A stretch of DNA of 61,260 nt from Eubacteriales bacterium (lineage in GTDB: Bacteria; Bacillota; Clostridia; Oscillospirales; CAG-272): positions 1 through 61,260 of the forward strand of contig JAZRPF010000010.1 of the NCBI GenBank assembly GCA_045649045.1. The letters are read 5' to 3'. The notes under the pieces were generated by a model that was given only the letters and a program-made list of their open reading frames with translations, searched no databases and was not told the origin of the DNA. Of the stretch, positions 49,138-56,838 are shown piece after piece. Both the position numbers and the translations under genes were made by a program. Within the stretch, counting starts at the first letter, position 1. Each line of letters begins with the position of its first letter.

Positions 49138-49700
49138 ATGCGGACCATTTGAACCTTTTCATGCTTTATTTCAGGATAGCCTGAGCAAACTGAGATAAAT
49201 ACTTGTCTGCCCAGAGAAGAAAGCTTATCAAGAATTAAAGTGATGTCGAATGCCTCATCGAGACGGTCGAAATAGCTGTAAATGAAGATAGGACGGTCAT
49301 CATCACGAGAGGTTATGTTGGCGGTTTTAATAAGCACATTGGAATCATCCGTGTCACGCTCGTTGCACTTATCTACAAACTCACGGGTATCGTCCTCTGA
49401 AAAGTGTACACTGTTCGGCTCAAAGTTTGCGGCAAGGCGGTTGTCGCCCATAAAGTCGGCATTGCGGATATAGCATACGCTGTAATTCTTGTTGTCCATC
49501 TCAATGTCTGCGTGGATTACGAAGCGCCCATCGTCAACACGATCGGGATCGTTCTGCGCGCCGTAGTCACCAATTAACTCGCGCAGAAGGTCAAGAGCGA
49601 GATCGGAGTAGTGGCCGTGAAGCATACAAACAGGGGAGGTAATTGTAAAGTCAAGATCGAGGGCAGAGGCAGATGTGATTTGAAGATTGCTAAATTTCAT
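49134..49700 (-). CDS. hypothetical protein, ABC/SMC-ATPase-like layout lacking a P-loop
   Basis: 188 aa; N-terminus laid out like RecF/SbcC heads but HGHYSDLA replaces GxxGxGKS; C-terminal RPIFIYSYFDRLDE resembles Walker B. Confidence 0.35.
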   Translation of the reverse strand: MKFSNLQITSASALDLDFTITSPVCMLHGHYSDLALDLLRELIGDYGAQNDPDRVDDGRFVIHADIEMDNKNYSVCYIRNADFMGDNRLAANFEPNSVHFSEDDTREFVDKCNERDTDDSNVLIKTANITSRDDDRPIFIYSYFDRLDEAFDITLILDKLSSLGRQVFISVCSGYPEIKHEKVQMVRI

Positions 49701-49748
49701 TTTTTACTCTCCTTTTGAGTGAAAATAATAATTATAATCGTGAAAGAG

Positions 49749-49777
49749 ATTATAACACACGATTTAAAAAATTTGAA
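49749..49777 (-). promoter_or_regulatory. candidate promoter of the minus-strand cargo operon
   Basis: minus strand TTCAAA-N17-TATAAT with TG extension; -10 box enclosed by inverted repeat AATCGTG (49736..49742) / CACGATT (49758..49764); second TATAAT at 49731..49736. Confidence 0.45.
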
Positions 49778-49861
49778 ATAAAAACAGGTTGGATTTTGGA
49801 ATCGATGGTTACACGAATAGTATATCACACCGCCTTGCGACATTTATGGTGCATGGTGGGT

Positions 49862-49901
49862 AAAAAAGGAAAACACCACTTCAGTTTTCGTGGTGTTTTG
49901 C
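49862..49901 (-). terminator. terminator after the DUF6809-like gene
   Basis: stem AAAACACCAC/GTGGTGTTTT; on the minus strand followed by CCTTTTTT. Confidence 0.65.
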
Positions 49902-49913
49902 AGCAATACATTT

Positions 49914-50189
49914 TCATTCATCGTGTTCAGATTGTATCTCCAGTGCCAACCGCGCCCCAAGCTTGAAGGCATATTCGAATAATGTCTCGTCAGAGAGACT
50001 TGCGTATTCACTCCAGCAATCCTGGAACTTCTCGAAGATTTTCTTTTGCTCATCCGTCATAGTTTTGAGTAGGTCATCATTATGCCGGCTAATGTATTCC
50101 AACAGTTGCTTCATCTCGAGTGTATTCTTTCTACTGTCCTCGGGTGGCATAATGTTTCCGCACCATAGCTCTTTTATCATACTTTTCAT
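49914..50189 (-). CDS. DUF6809-like small protein
   Basis: 91 aa; ELWCGNIMPPED... recalls a family common on Clostridial mobile elements; RBS AGGAGG. Confidence 0.55.
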   Translation of the reverse strand: MKSMIKELWCGNIMPPEDSRKNTLEMKQLLEYISRHNDDLLKTMTDEQKKIFEKFQDCWSEYASLSDETLFEYAFKLGARLALEIQSEHDE

Positions 50190-50343
50190 AGAACATACCT
50201 CCTGTTAGCATACAACAATACCACAGAAGAGAGAGAAAGTCCAGTCGTTTTTCGAAAATAAAGAACTTTTTCTTGTCGGGCGTTATCTTTGATTTCTGCG
50301 TGGCAATTATTGAGCCTTGAGTTTCACAGTACGGCTTATTAAA

Positions 50344-50379
50344 GCAAAACACCACGGATTTTCTTCCGTAGTGTTTTGC
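50344..50379 (-). terminator. terminator of the DapF-fold gene
   Basis: GCAAAACACCACGG/CCGTAGTGTTTTGC (one mismatch); weak T-tract on minus strand. Confidence 0.45.
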
Positions 50380-50465
50380 CATAAGAGCTGCTTATTCGGT
50401 TGCTATCATTTTACCGCTAATTTTGCACGCCCTATTGGTCACTTTTCTTTTTTCTTAATTGATTA

Positions 50466-51311
50466 CTACAGGTCAATTGTGCCCTCAAAGCACAAATGGG
50501 CGTCGCCTTTTGAAACAAAGGGCGCACCAATGCCTTCACTTGTTAAGCTGAGACTGCCACCGCGCATTTGAACCTCAAGGGCTATTCCAATTGGTAAAAG
50601 ACCGCACATCTGTGCGACTGCAACTGCCGCTGCCGCGCCGCCGCTTGATGCCGAAAGCTCACCTTCATGTGTATCAAATATTCTTGCCGATAATGAGGTG
50701 CTGCTTGTAATTTCCGCAAAAACTATCGCTTCTCCTTTGGAGTAAAGGGAATATCTCAAAAGGGATAAAGCTGTTTTGATGGGATTCAGCAATTCAAGTG
50801 GAGTATCAAATTCAAGCAGAACTGTATAGGGACGGTCAACTGTCAGGCTATAAACGCTATAACCCCTTCCGTCAAGAACGAGCTTTTGTCCAAGTGGCTG
50901 TACTTGCGTATGTGGGGCAATATGTGTATCAAAGCACGGAGATGGCAAGGTGACCGATATTTGCTCCGGATTTTCCTCATCAAAAGAGAGCGAATAAATC
51001 TGGCCGTCGCACAAAAGTCGTGCGGTGCTTTGGCAAACCATGCCCTGCGTGCGAAAGTAGGCACCCGCAGCACGCACGGCTTCGCCTGATGGCGAGCAAG
51101 AGCTGCCGTGGTAGTCATAAGCACTCATACCGCAAATGCTTTCACCGTCGGGCAAGGTGTTTATCTCCGGGAAAAGAATCGCATTGGGGAAGAGCGCAGT
51201 CTTGCTTCTTCCGAGCATACGCGCAAGCTCTTCACGAGGGATGGGGCATTCCTCTTTCGGTACGACAAAATCACAAGACAGTGTTTGCAGCTTGGAAAAT
51301 GCAATTTTCAT
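50466..51311 (-). CDS. diaminopimelate-epimerase-fold protein (non-canonical DapF/PhzF superfamily)
   Basis: 281 aa from ATG 51311 (RBS AAAGGTG); two-domain DapF-like layout, first Cys motif as SCSPSG, second site SASSGGAAAA has Ser where DapF has Cys. Confidence 0.5.
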   Translation of the reverse strand: MKIAFSKLQTLSCDFVVPKEECPIPREELARMLGRSKTALFPNAILFPEINTLPDGESICGMSAYDYHGSSCSPSGEAVRAAGAYFRTQGMVCQSTARLLCDGQIYSLSFDEENPEQISVTLPSPCFDTHIAPHTQVQPLGQKLVLDGRGYSVYSLTVDRPYTVLLEFDTPLELLNPIKTALSLLRYSLYSKGEAIVFAEITSSTSLSARIFDTHEGELSASSGGAAAAVAVAQMCGLLPIGIALEVQMRGGSLSLTSEGIGAPFVSKGDAHLCFEGTIDL

Positions 51312-51460
51312 ATGGCGCACCTTTATCGTTTTCTTTGATGTTGCCATATGAATGTTATGCATTTTCTGTAAAAAAGATGTCGCTTTTTGAGAAAAAAGTG
51401 CTTTTTTTATTAAATGGCGGGATATCACCAAGAAATAAATAGAAAAAGTTTCTAAAATTC

Positions 51461-51489
51461 TTTACAAAAGACCTTGTGTTTGGTATAAT
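51461..51489 (+). promoter_or_regulatory. sigma-A promoter upstream of the kinase gene
   Basis: TTTACA-N17-TATAAT with TG extension. Confidence 0.5.
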
Positions 51490-51534
51490 AAAGGTAATAA
51501 TTGCAAATAGCTTCAACCGAAAAGGAGAACACTT

Positions 51535-53016
51535 ATGGCAAAGAAAGTTCTTGCATTTGATTTTGGCGCGTCAAGCGGTCGCGCTATGCTGGGCGAATAT
51601 GCAGACGGTAAGATTCAGATTACCGAAATTCACCGCTTTTCCAATGACATTGTCAAGGTTGGCGACCGTATGTATTGGGATGTTTTGCGCCTGTTCCACG
51701 AGGTCAAAACAGCTATCAACAAGGCGGTTAAGGCAGGACAGGTTGATGCCATCGGTATCGACACATGGGGCGTTGACTTTGGACTGCTCAACAGTCACGG
51801 TGAACTGCTTTCCAACCCTGTCAACTACCGTGACGAGCGTACAGTCGGTATGCCCGAAGAGGTTTTTGAAAAAATATCCAAGCGTGATTTGTATGCCCTG
51901 ACAGGCACACAAACTATGCGTATCAATACCATCTATCAGCTTTATTATCTGGCAACACGCCGTCCTGAGCTCTTGGAGAGTGCCGATACCATGCTCTTCA
52001 TGCCTGACCTTATTGCCTATATGCTGACAGGTGTGAAGCGTGCTGAGGAAACCATCGCCTCTACATCGAATTTCTTTGACCCCGAAAAGAAGATCTTTTG
52101 TCTGGATTTGCTTGACAAGCTGGGTATTCCGTCCCGTCTGTTGCCCCCGATGATTCATCCGGGTGAGACCTACGGTACACTCACTCCCGCTCTCTGCGAG
52201 GAATTTGATTGTGAGCCTATTCCCGTTATAGCCGTCTGCACACACGATACAGCCTCTGCTGTCACTTCTGCACCTGCTGAAGGCGACTTTGCCTATATCA
52301 GCTGCGGTACATGGAGTCTGTTCGGCACAGAGCTTGATGCACCGCTCCGCAACGATGAAAGCTTCCGTGTGGAATATACAAACGAGGGCGGTCATAGCGG
52401 CACTACCCGTTTCTTAAAGAATATCATGGGACTTTGGCTGATTCAGGAATCGCGCCGTCAATGGATTCGCGAGGGCTTTGATGTCAGCTATGCCGATCTT
52501 GAAAGAGAAGCATTGGCGGCAGAGCCTTTCCGCTGCTTCATCGATTGCGACGCGCCCGAATTTGAAACATCAGGCGATTTGCCGCGCCGTGTGCGCCGCT
52601 TCTGTGAGGTAACGGGGCAGTATGTACCGCAAACACGCGGCGAGGTGATGCGCTGTATCTACGAGAGCCTTGCGATGAAGTACCGTCTTAATATGGCGGC
52701 GCTTTCCGAGGTTACGGGTAAGACATACGGCTGTATCCATATGCTTGGCGGCGGTATCAAGGACACGCTGCTTTGCCGTCTGACTGCCGCTTCTACGGGT
52801 ATTGCGGTTGTGGCAGGCCCCATTGAAGCAACGGTCATGGGTAATGTTGCCGTGCAGCTCATTGCACTCGGTGAGCTTTCTGATGTCAAGGAGGCTCGTC
52901 GGGTTATCAAAAATTCCATAGAAGCAAAGCATTATGAGCCTCAAAACACTGATGCATGGGCGGCACAGGAAGAAAATTACCGCAAAATTCTCGGCAAATC
53001 AGCCACTCGCGCATAA
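51535..53016 (+). CDS. rhaB: FGGY-family carbohydrate kinase, rhamnulokinase-like
   Basis: 493 aa; LAFDFGASSGRAMLG N-terminus and overall FGGY layout typical of RhaB. Confidence 0.7.
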   Translation: MAKKVLAFDFGASSGRAMLGEYADGKIQITEIHRFSNDIVKVGDRMYWDVLRLFHEVKTAINKAVKAGQVDAIGIDTWGVDFGLLNSHGELLSNPVNYRDERTVGMPEEVFEKISKRDLYALTGTQTMRINTIYQLYYLATRRPELLESADTMLFMPDLIAYMLTGVKRAEETIASTSNFFDPEKKIFCLDLLDKLGIPSRLLPPMIHPGETYGTLTPALCEEFDCEPIPVIAVCTHDTASAVTSAPAEGDFAYISCGTWSLFGTELDAPLRNDESFRVEYTNEGGHSGTTRFLKNIMGLWLIQESRRQWIREGFDVSYADLEREALAAEPFRCFIDCDAPEFETSGDLPRRVRRFCEVTGQYVPQTRGEVMRCIYESLAMKYRLNMAALSEVTGKTYGCIHMLGGGIKDTLLCRLTAASTGIAVVAGPIEATVMGNVAVQLIALGELSDVKEARRVIKNSIEAKHYEPQNTDAWAAQEENYRKILGKSATRA

Positions 53017-53034
53017 ACGGAGGAATCACAGCGA

Positions 53035-54000
53035 ATGTTCATTGATTTCCATACACATTTGTTTCCGGACAAAGTGGCACCACGCGCGGTTGATACGCTG
53101 ATTGCAGGCACTCTGCGCGAGGAGGGAAGAGCGATTCCCCCTCGCGCAGAGGCGACCGAGTCAGGCATTCTTTCGCTGATGCAAAGCGAGTGCATTCCGC
53201 TTTCAATCGTGCTTCCTATTGCAACAAAGCCGTCGCAGACGGAGCATATTTGCACATTTGCCGCATCGTTGAATGAACGGTACCGGTCGGCAGTACAGGA
53301 TGCTGTTGCTTATTTGAAGGCATTGCCTGTCAGCACTTTTGAAATGCCGTGCGATGACACCTTGCCTGTCGTGATGTCACCTGCACTTTGTATGCCGACC
53401 GACAAGGAAAGGCAATCCATGCCGTCGCCTGCTCTTATTTCCTTTGCATCAATTCATCCCGATGATTTGAATGCCGAGGACAACTTGAAGCATATTGCAG
53501 AAAGTGGCTTTCTTGGTATCAAGCTGCATCCTGAATTTCAGCATTTTGATATCGCCTCTCCGCGCGTAATCAAGTTACTTCAGCTTGCTGAAAATCTCGG
53601 CCTTATCACCGTCATTCATGCAGGCAGAGATATTGGGATGCCGCCTCCTGCGCACGCTGCCCCTGAAGCCATTGCTCATGTGCTTGACTATATAGAGGGT
53701 AACCGCTTTGTTGCGGCGCATATGGGTGGATTTCGTATGTGGGATGATGTGGAAAAGCATCTTGTCGGTAAGCCACTCTATCTTGACACCTCTTATCTTG
53801 GCCTTTGGGACGGCGAGCCGACCTCCGCACAATTCCGCCGCATTCTATGCGCGCACGGGACAAAAAAGATATTGTTTGGCAGCGACTATCCATGGAAAAC
53901 GCCGCGCGAGGTTGTTGGGCGTTTGAAAACGCTGTGCTTGTCCGAAGGACAGCTCGACGATATTTTCAGACGCAACGCGATTCGTCTCCTGTTTTCATAA
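53035..54000 (+). CDS. amidohydrolase family (metal-dependent TIM-barrel hydrolase) protein
   Basis: MFIDFHTHLFP.. His-x-His start, later HPEFQ, HAG, GSDYPW. Confidence 0.6.
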   Translation: MFIDFHTHLFPDKVAPRAVDTLIAGTLREEGRAIPPRAEATESGILSLMQSECIPLSIVLPIATKPSQTEHICTFAASLNERYRSAVQDAVAYLKALPVSTFEMPCDDTLPVVMSPALCMPTDKERQSMPSPALISFASIHPDDLNAEDNLKHIAESGFLGIKLHPEFQHFDIASPRVIKLLQLAENLGLITVIHAGRDIGMPPPAHAAPEAIAHVLDYIEGNRFVAAHMGGFRMWDDVEKHLVGKPLYLDTSYLGLWDGEPTSAQFRRILCAHGTKKILFGSDYPWKTPREVVGRLKTLCLSEGQLDDIFRRNAIRLLFS

Positions 54001-54210
54001 AAATTCAGATAAAGGTCTTGCAATTTGCAGGAGAATATGATATACTATGCTTGTGAAACGGAGATGTTGCCCTTTTGTTGGGGTGAGGTCTCCCTTTTTT
54101 TATACTTCAGAAGGATAAGGTGGAAGGTCTGAAAAACGAATTTTTCAGACGGCAAATTTGTGCCTTGACGGTCACCGACCGTCATTTCGGCAGAAAGGAA
54201 TGACCATAAA

Positions 54211-54759
54211 ATGATTCTTGAAGATTTTCCTGTCATTGCTGCCGTCAGAGGTGAGCAGGATTTTGTTTGTGCGCTCACTGCTGATGTCGCCTTCATATTT
54301 CATTTGAACGCCTCAGTTTTAACACTTGAGGATACGGTTCGTCGCGCCCATACAGCAGGGAAGTCGCTTTTCGTTCATTTGGACCTTGCGGAAGGTGTCG
54401 GGCGGGATGCCGCAGGCATCGCACTTCTTGCCCACCTTGGTGTTGACGGCATTATCAGTACGCGCAGTGCCTTGATTCGTCAGGCAACAGAAAGCGGTCT
54501 TCTGACTGTGCAACGCTTCTTTATTGTGGATTCGCACTCGGTTGCCACATCCTATGAGGCAATTGAAAACGCGCATCCTTCAATGGTCGAATTAATGCCC
54601 GGTGTGATTCCAAAGGTCATCACTCGCTTTACAGACCACTGTCGTTCAATTCCTGTGATTGCAGGGGGAATGATTGACACGAAGGCAGAAATTGTGGCGG
54701 CGTTAGGTGCCGGTGCAACTGCCGTATCTACCGCAAAGCGTGAGCTTTGGAATCTTTGA
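54211..54759 (+). CDS. glpP: glycerol-3-phosphate responsive antiterminator GlpP
   Basis: 182 aa; PVIAAVR.., LHLDL..G, GIISTR.. pattern of the G3P_antiterm family. Confidence 0.75.
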   Translation: MILEDFPVIAAVRGEQDFVCALTADVAFIFHLNASVLTLEDTVRRAHTAGKSLFVHLDLAEGVGRDAAGIALLAHLGVDGIISTRSALIRQATESGLLTVQRFFIVDSHSVATSYEAIENAHPSMVELMPGVIPKVITRFTDHCRSIPVIAGGMIDTKAEIVAALGAGATAVSTAKRELWNL

Positions 54760-54775
54760 AAAGGACTGTCATTAC

Positions 54776-55575
54776 ATGAAAGAATTTTAGAACATTTCAC
54801 TTTTTCTCTTTGATATGGACGGGACACTTTATCTTGGTAACCGCCTTTATACCTTCACGAAGGAATTGCTTGACACCATTCGCCGTCAGGGTAAACGCTA
54901 TCTCTTTATGACGAACAATTCGTCAAAAAGCGTTTCCGATTATGTGAAAAAGCTGGCGAAGCTTGGTATTGCCGCGACAGAGGACGATTTTATGACATCC
55001 TCACAGGCGATGGCGTACTATCTTTCGTTACATCATAAGGACTGCTATATTTATTGCAGCGGTACACAGTCCTTTGTGCGTGAGCTTGTGTCGGCAGGAC
55101 TCCATGTGACAACTGATTATGACGAGAATATCAATTGCATTGTGACAGGCTTTGATACTGAGCTGACCTTCAAAAAGCTTGAAAATCTGAGCCGTCTGCT
55201 TCTGAAGGATGTGCCGTATCTCGCCACCAATCCCGATATGGTCTGTCCGACCGAGTTCGGCTCTGTGCCCGACTGCGGCTCTGTCAGCGATATGCTTTAC
55301 AATTCGACTGGTCGCCGCCCTCTCTTTATCGGTAAACCCTCGCCCCTCATGGTTGAGCTTGCCATGAAGAAGGTCGGGGTGACACAAGAAGGGACGCTTG
55401 TCGCAGGCGACCGTATCTATACCGATATCGAGTGCGGTCTGCGCGCAGGGATTACCCCGTACTTGTCATGAGCGGTGAAACAACCGAGGAAATATTGGCG
55501 GCATCCGAGCGCAAGCCTGCCTATGTCATGCGTGATTGCGGTGAGCTTCTTGATGCCTTGAAGCAGCTTGATTGA
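54776..55575 (+). pseudogene. HAD-IIA (NagD-like) phosphatase gene disrupted by an in-frame TAG and a frameshift
   Basis: ATG 54776, TAG at 54788..54790 four codons later, upstream of motif I FLFDMDGTLY; frame ends at 55471 but the -1 frame continues VLVMSGETTEEILAASERKPAYV.. to 55575; shift maps to the CCCC run 55455..55458. Confidence 0.6.
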
Positions 55576-55597
55576 GATAAAAAGAGCAGATTTATAC

Positions 55598-55642
55598 AAA
55601 AGCTTGAGGATTTCAATATCAAATTGAAATCCTCAAGCTTTT
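55598..55642. terminator. bidirectional terminator between the HAD gene and cysK
   Basis: perfect 20-bp stem AAAAGCTTGAGGATTTCAAT/ATTGAAATCCTCAAGCTTTT. Confidence 0.75.
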
Positions 55643-55703
55643 TATTAAAATTGTATGGAACGACTTGATGTGCCTAGATAGGCGTGTTTCGTTCTTTTTG
55701 CGG

Positions 55704-56633
55704 TTATTCAAAAAGTGCAGTGGACAGATAACGGTCGCCTGTGTCGGGCAGTAAAACGACAATCTTCTTGCCACGCATATCCTCTCGCTTTGCAAGCTGA
55801 TAGGTGGCGTGCAGAGCCGCACCTGATGAGATGCCCACAAGGACACCCTCGCGCCTGCCAAGCTCGCGTGCTGCATGGTACGCCTCCTCGGTTGTGACGG
55901 TCAAAACCTCGTCATAAACCGTCGTATCAAGCACGGCGGGAACAAAGCCTGCGCCTATGCCTTGCAGGCCGTGCGCACCACTCTTGCCCTCTGAAAGCAC
56001 CGGTGAATCGGCAGGCTCGACTGCAATCACGCGGAGCGCGGGGTTATTCTCCTTCAGATAGCGTCCTGTACCGCTGATGGTACCTCCTGTTCCCACACCT
56101 GCCACAAAGACATCCACCGTACCGTCGGTATCGCGCCAGATTTCAGGGCCTGTGGTGTCATAGTGTGTGGCTGGGTTGGCAGGATTCACAAACTGTCCTG
56201 CAATGATGGCGTTTGGTGTTTCGCTTGCGATTTTATCGGCAAGATTAATTGCGCCCTGCATTCCAAGCTTGCCGTCAGAAAGAACAAGCTCTGCGCCGTA
56301 GGCGCGCATGAGGCGGCGGCGTTCCTCGGACATGGTGTCGGGCATGACAATGATGAGGCGGTAGCCGCGTGCGGCGGCAACTGCCGCAAGACCGATGCCC
56401 GTATTGCCGGAGGTTGGCTCAATGATGACCGAATCAGCGGAAAGCTTGCCCTGCCTTTCGGCATCTTCAAGCATGGAGAGTGCCACGCGGTCCTTGACCG
56501 ATCCTGCGGGATTCAGATATTCAAGCTTTGCATAAACCGTTGCCAAAAGGCCAAGCTCACGCTCGGTATTGGTTAATTCAAGTAAGGGGGTATTGCCGAT
56601 GAGTGCATCGGCTGATTTGAAAATGCGTGCCAT
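55704..56633 (-). CDS. cysK: cysteine synthase A (O-acetylserine sulfhydrylase)
   Basis: 309 aa; IGNTPLLEL, NPAGSVKDR, TSGNTGIGLA, GTGGT motifs. Confidence 0.9.
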   Translation of the reverse strand: MARIFKSADALIGNTPLLELTNTERELGLLATVYAKLEYLNPAGSVKDRVALSMLEDAERQGKLSADSVIIEPTSGNTGIGLAAVAAARGYRLIIVMPDTMSEERRRLMRAYGAELVLSDGKLGMQGAINLADKIASETPNAIIAGQFVNPANPATHYDTTGPEIWRDTDGTVDVFVAGVGTGGTISGTGRYLKENNPALRVIAVEPADSPVLSEGKSGAHGLQGIGAGFVPAVLDTTVYDEVLTVTTEEAYHAARELGRREGVLVGISSGAALHATYQLAKREDMRGKKIVVLLPDTGDRYLSTALFE

Positions 56634-56682
56634 AGAATCGACCTTTCACGGCAGACGGATGGTTTGCCGACTGTTTTTTATT

Positions 56683-56711
56683 ATTATAACCGAATCCCCG
56701 ACGGTTGTCAA
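56683..56711 (-). promoter_or_regulatory. consensus sigma-A promoter for cysK
   Basis: minus strand TTGACA-N17-TATAAT. Confidence 0.6.
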
Positions 56712-56766
56712 GAAAATCGGTGTAAATTTTCTTTCGCCACATCATGATATAAAAGGAATAAATCCA

Positions 56767-56795
56767 TTGCATTTTTCTCTTGTTTATGGTATCAT
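56767..56795 (+). promoter_or_regulatory. sigma-A promoter for dxs
   Basis: TTGCAT-N17-TATCAT with TG extension, about 45 nt upstream of the dxs ATG. Confidence 0.5.
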
Positions 56796-56838
56796 AAATA
56801 AAAGAAGCCTGATTGCGTCAAGAAAAGAGAAATTATAT

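Noticed and set aside
51571-52395. 274-aa minus-strand ORF
   Set aside because: Antisense shadow of the FGGY kinase gene.
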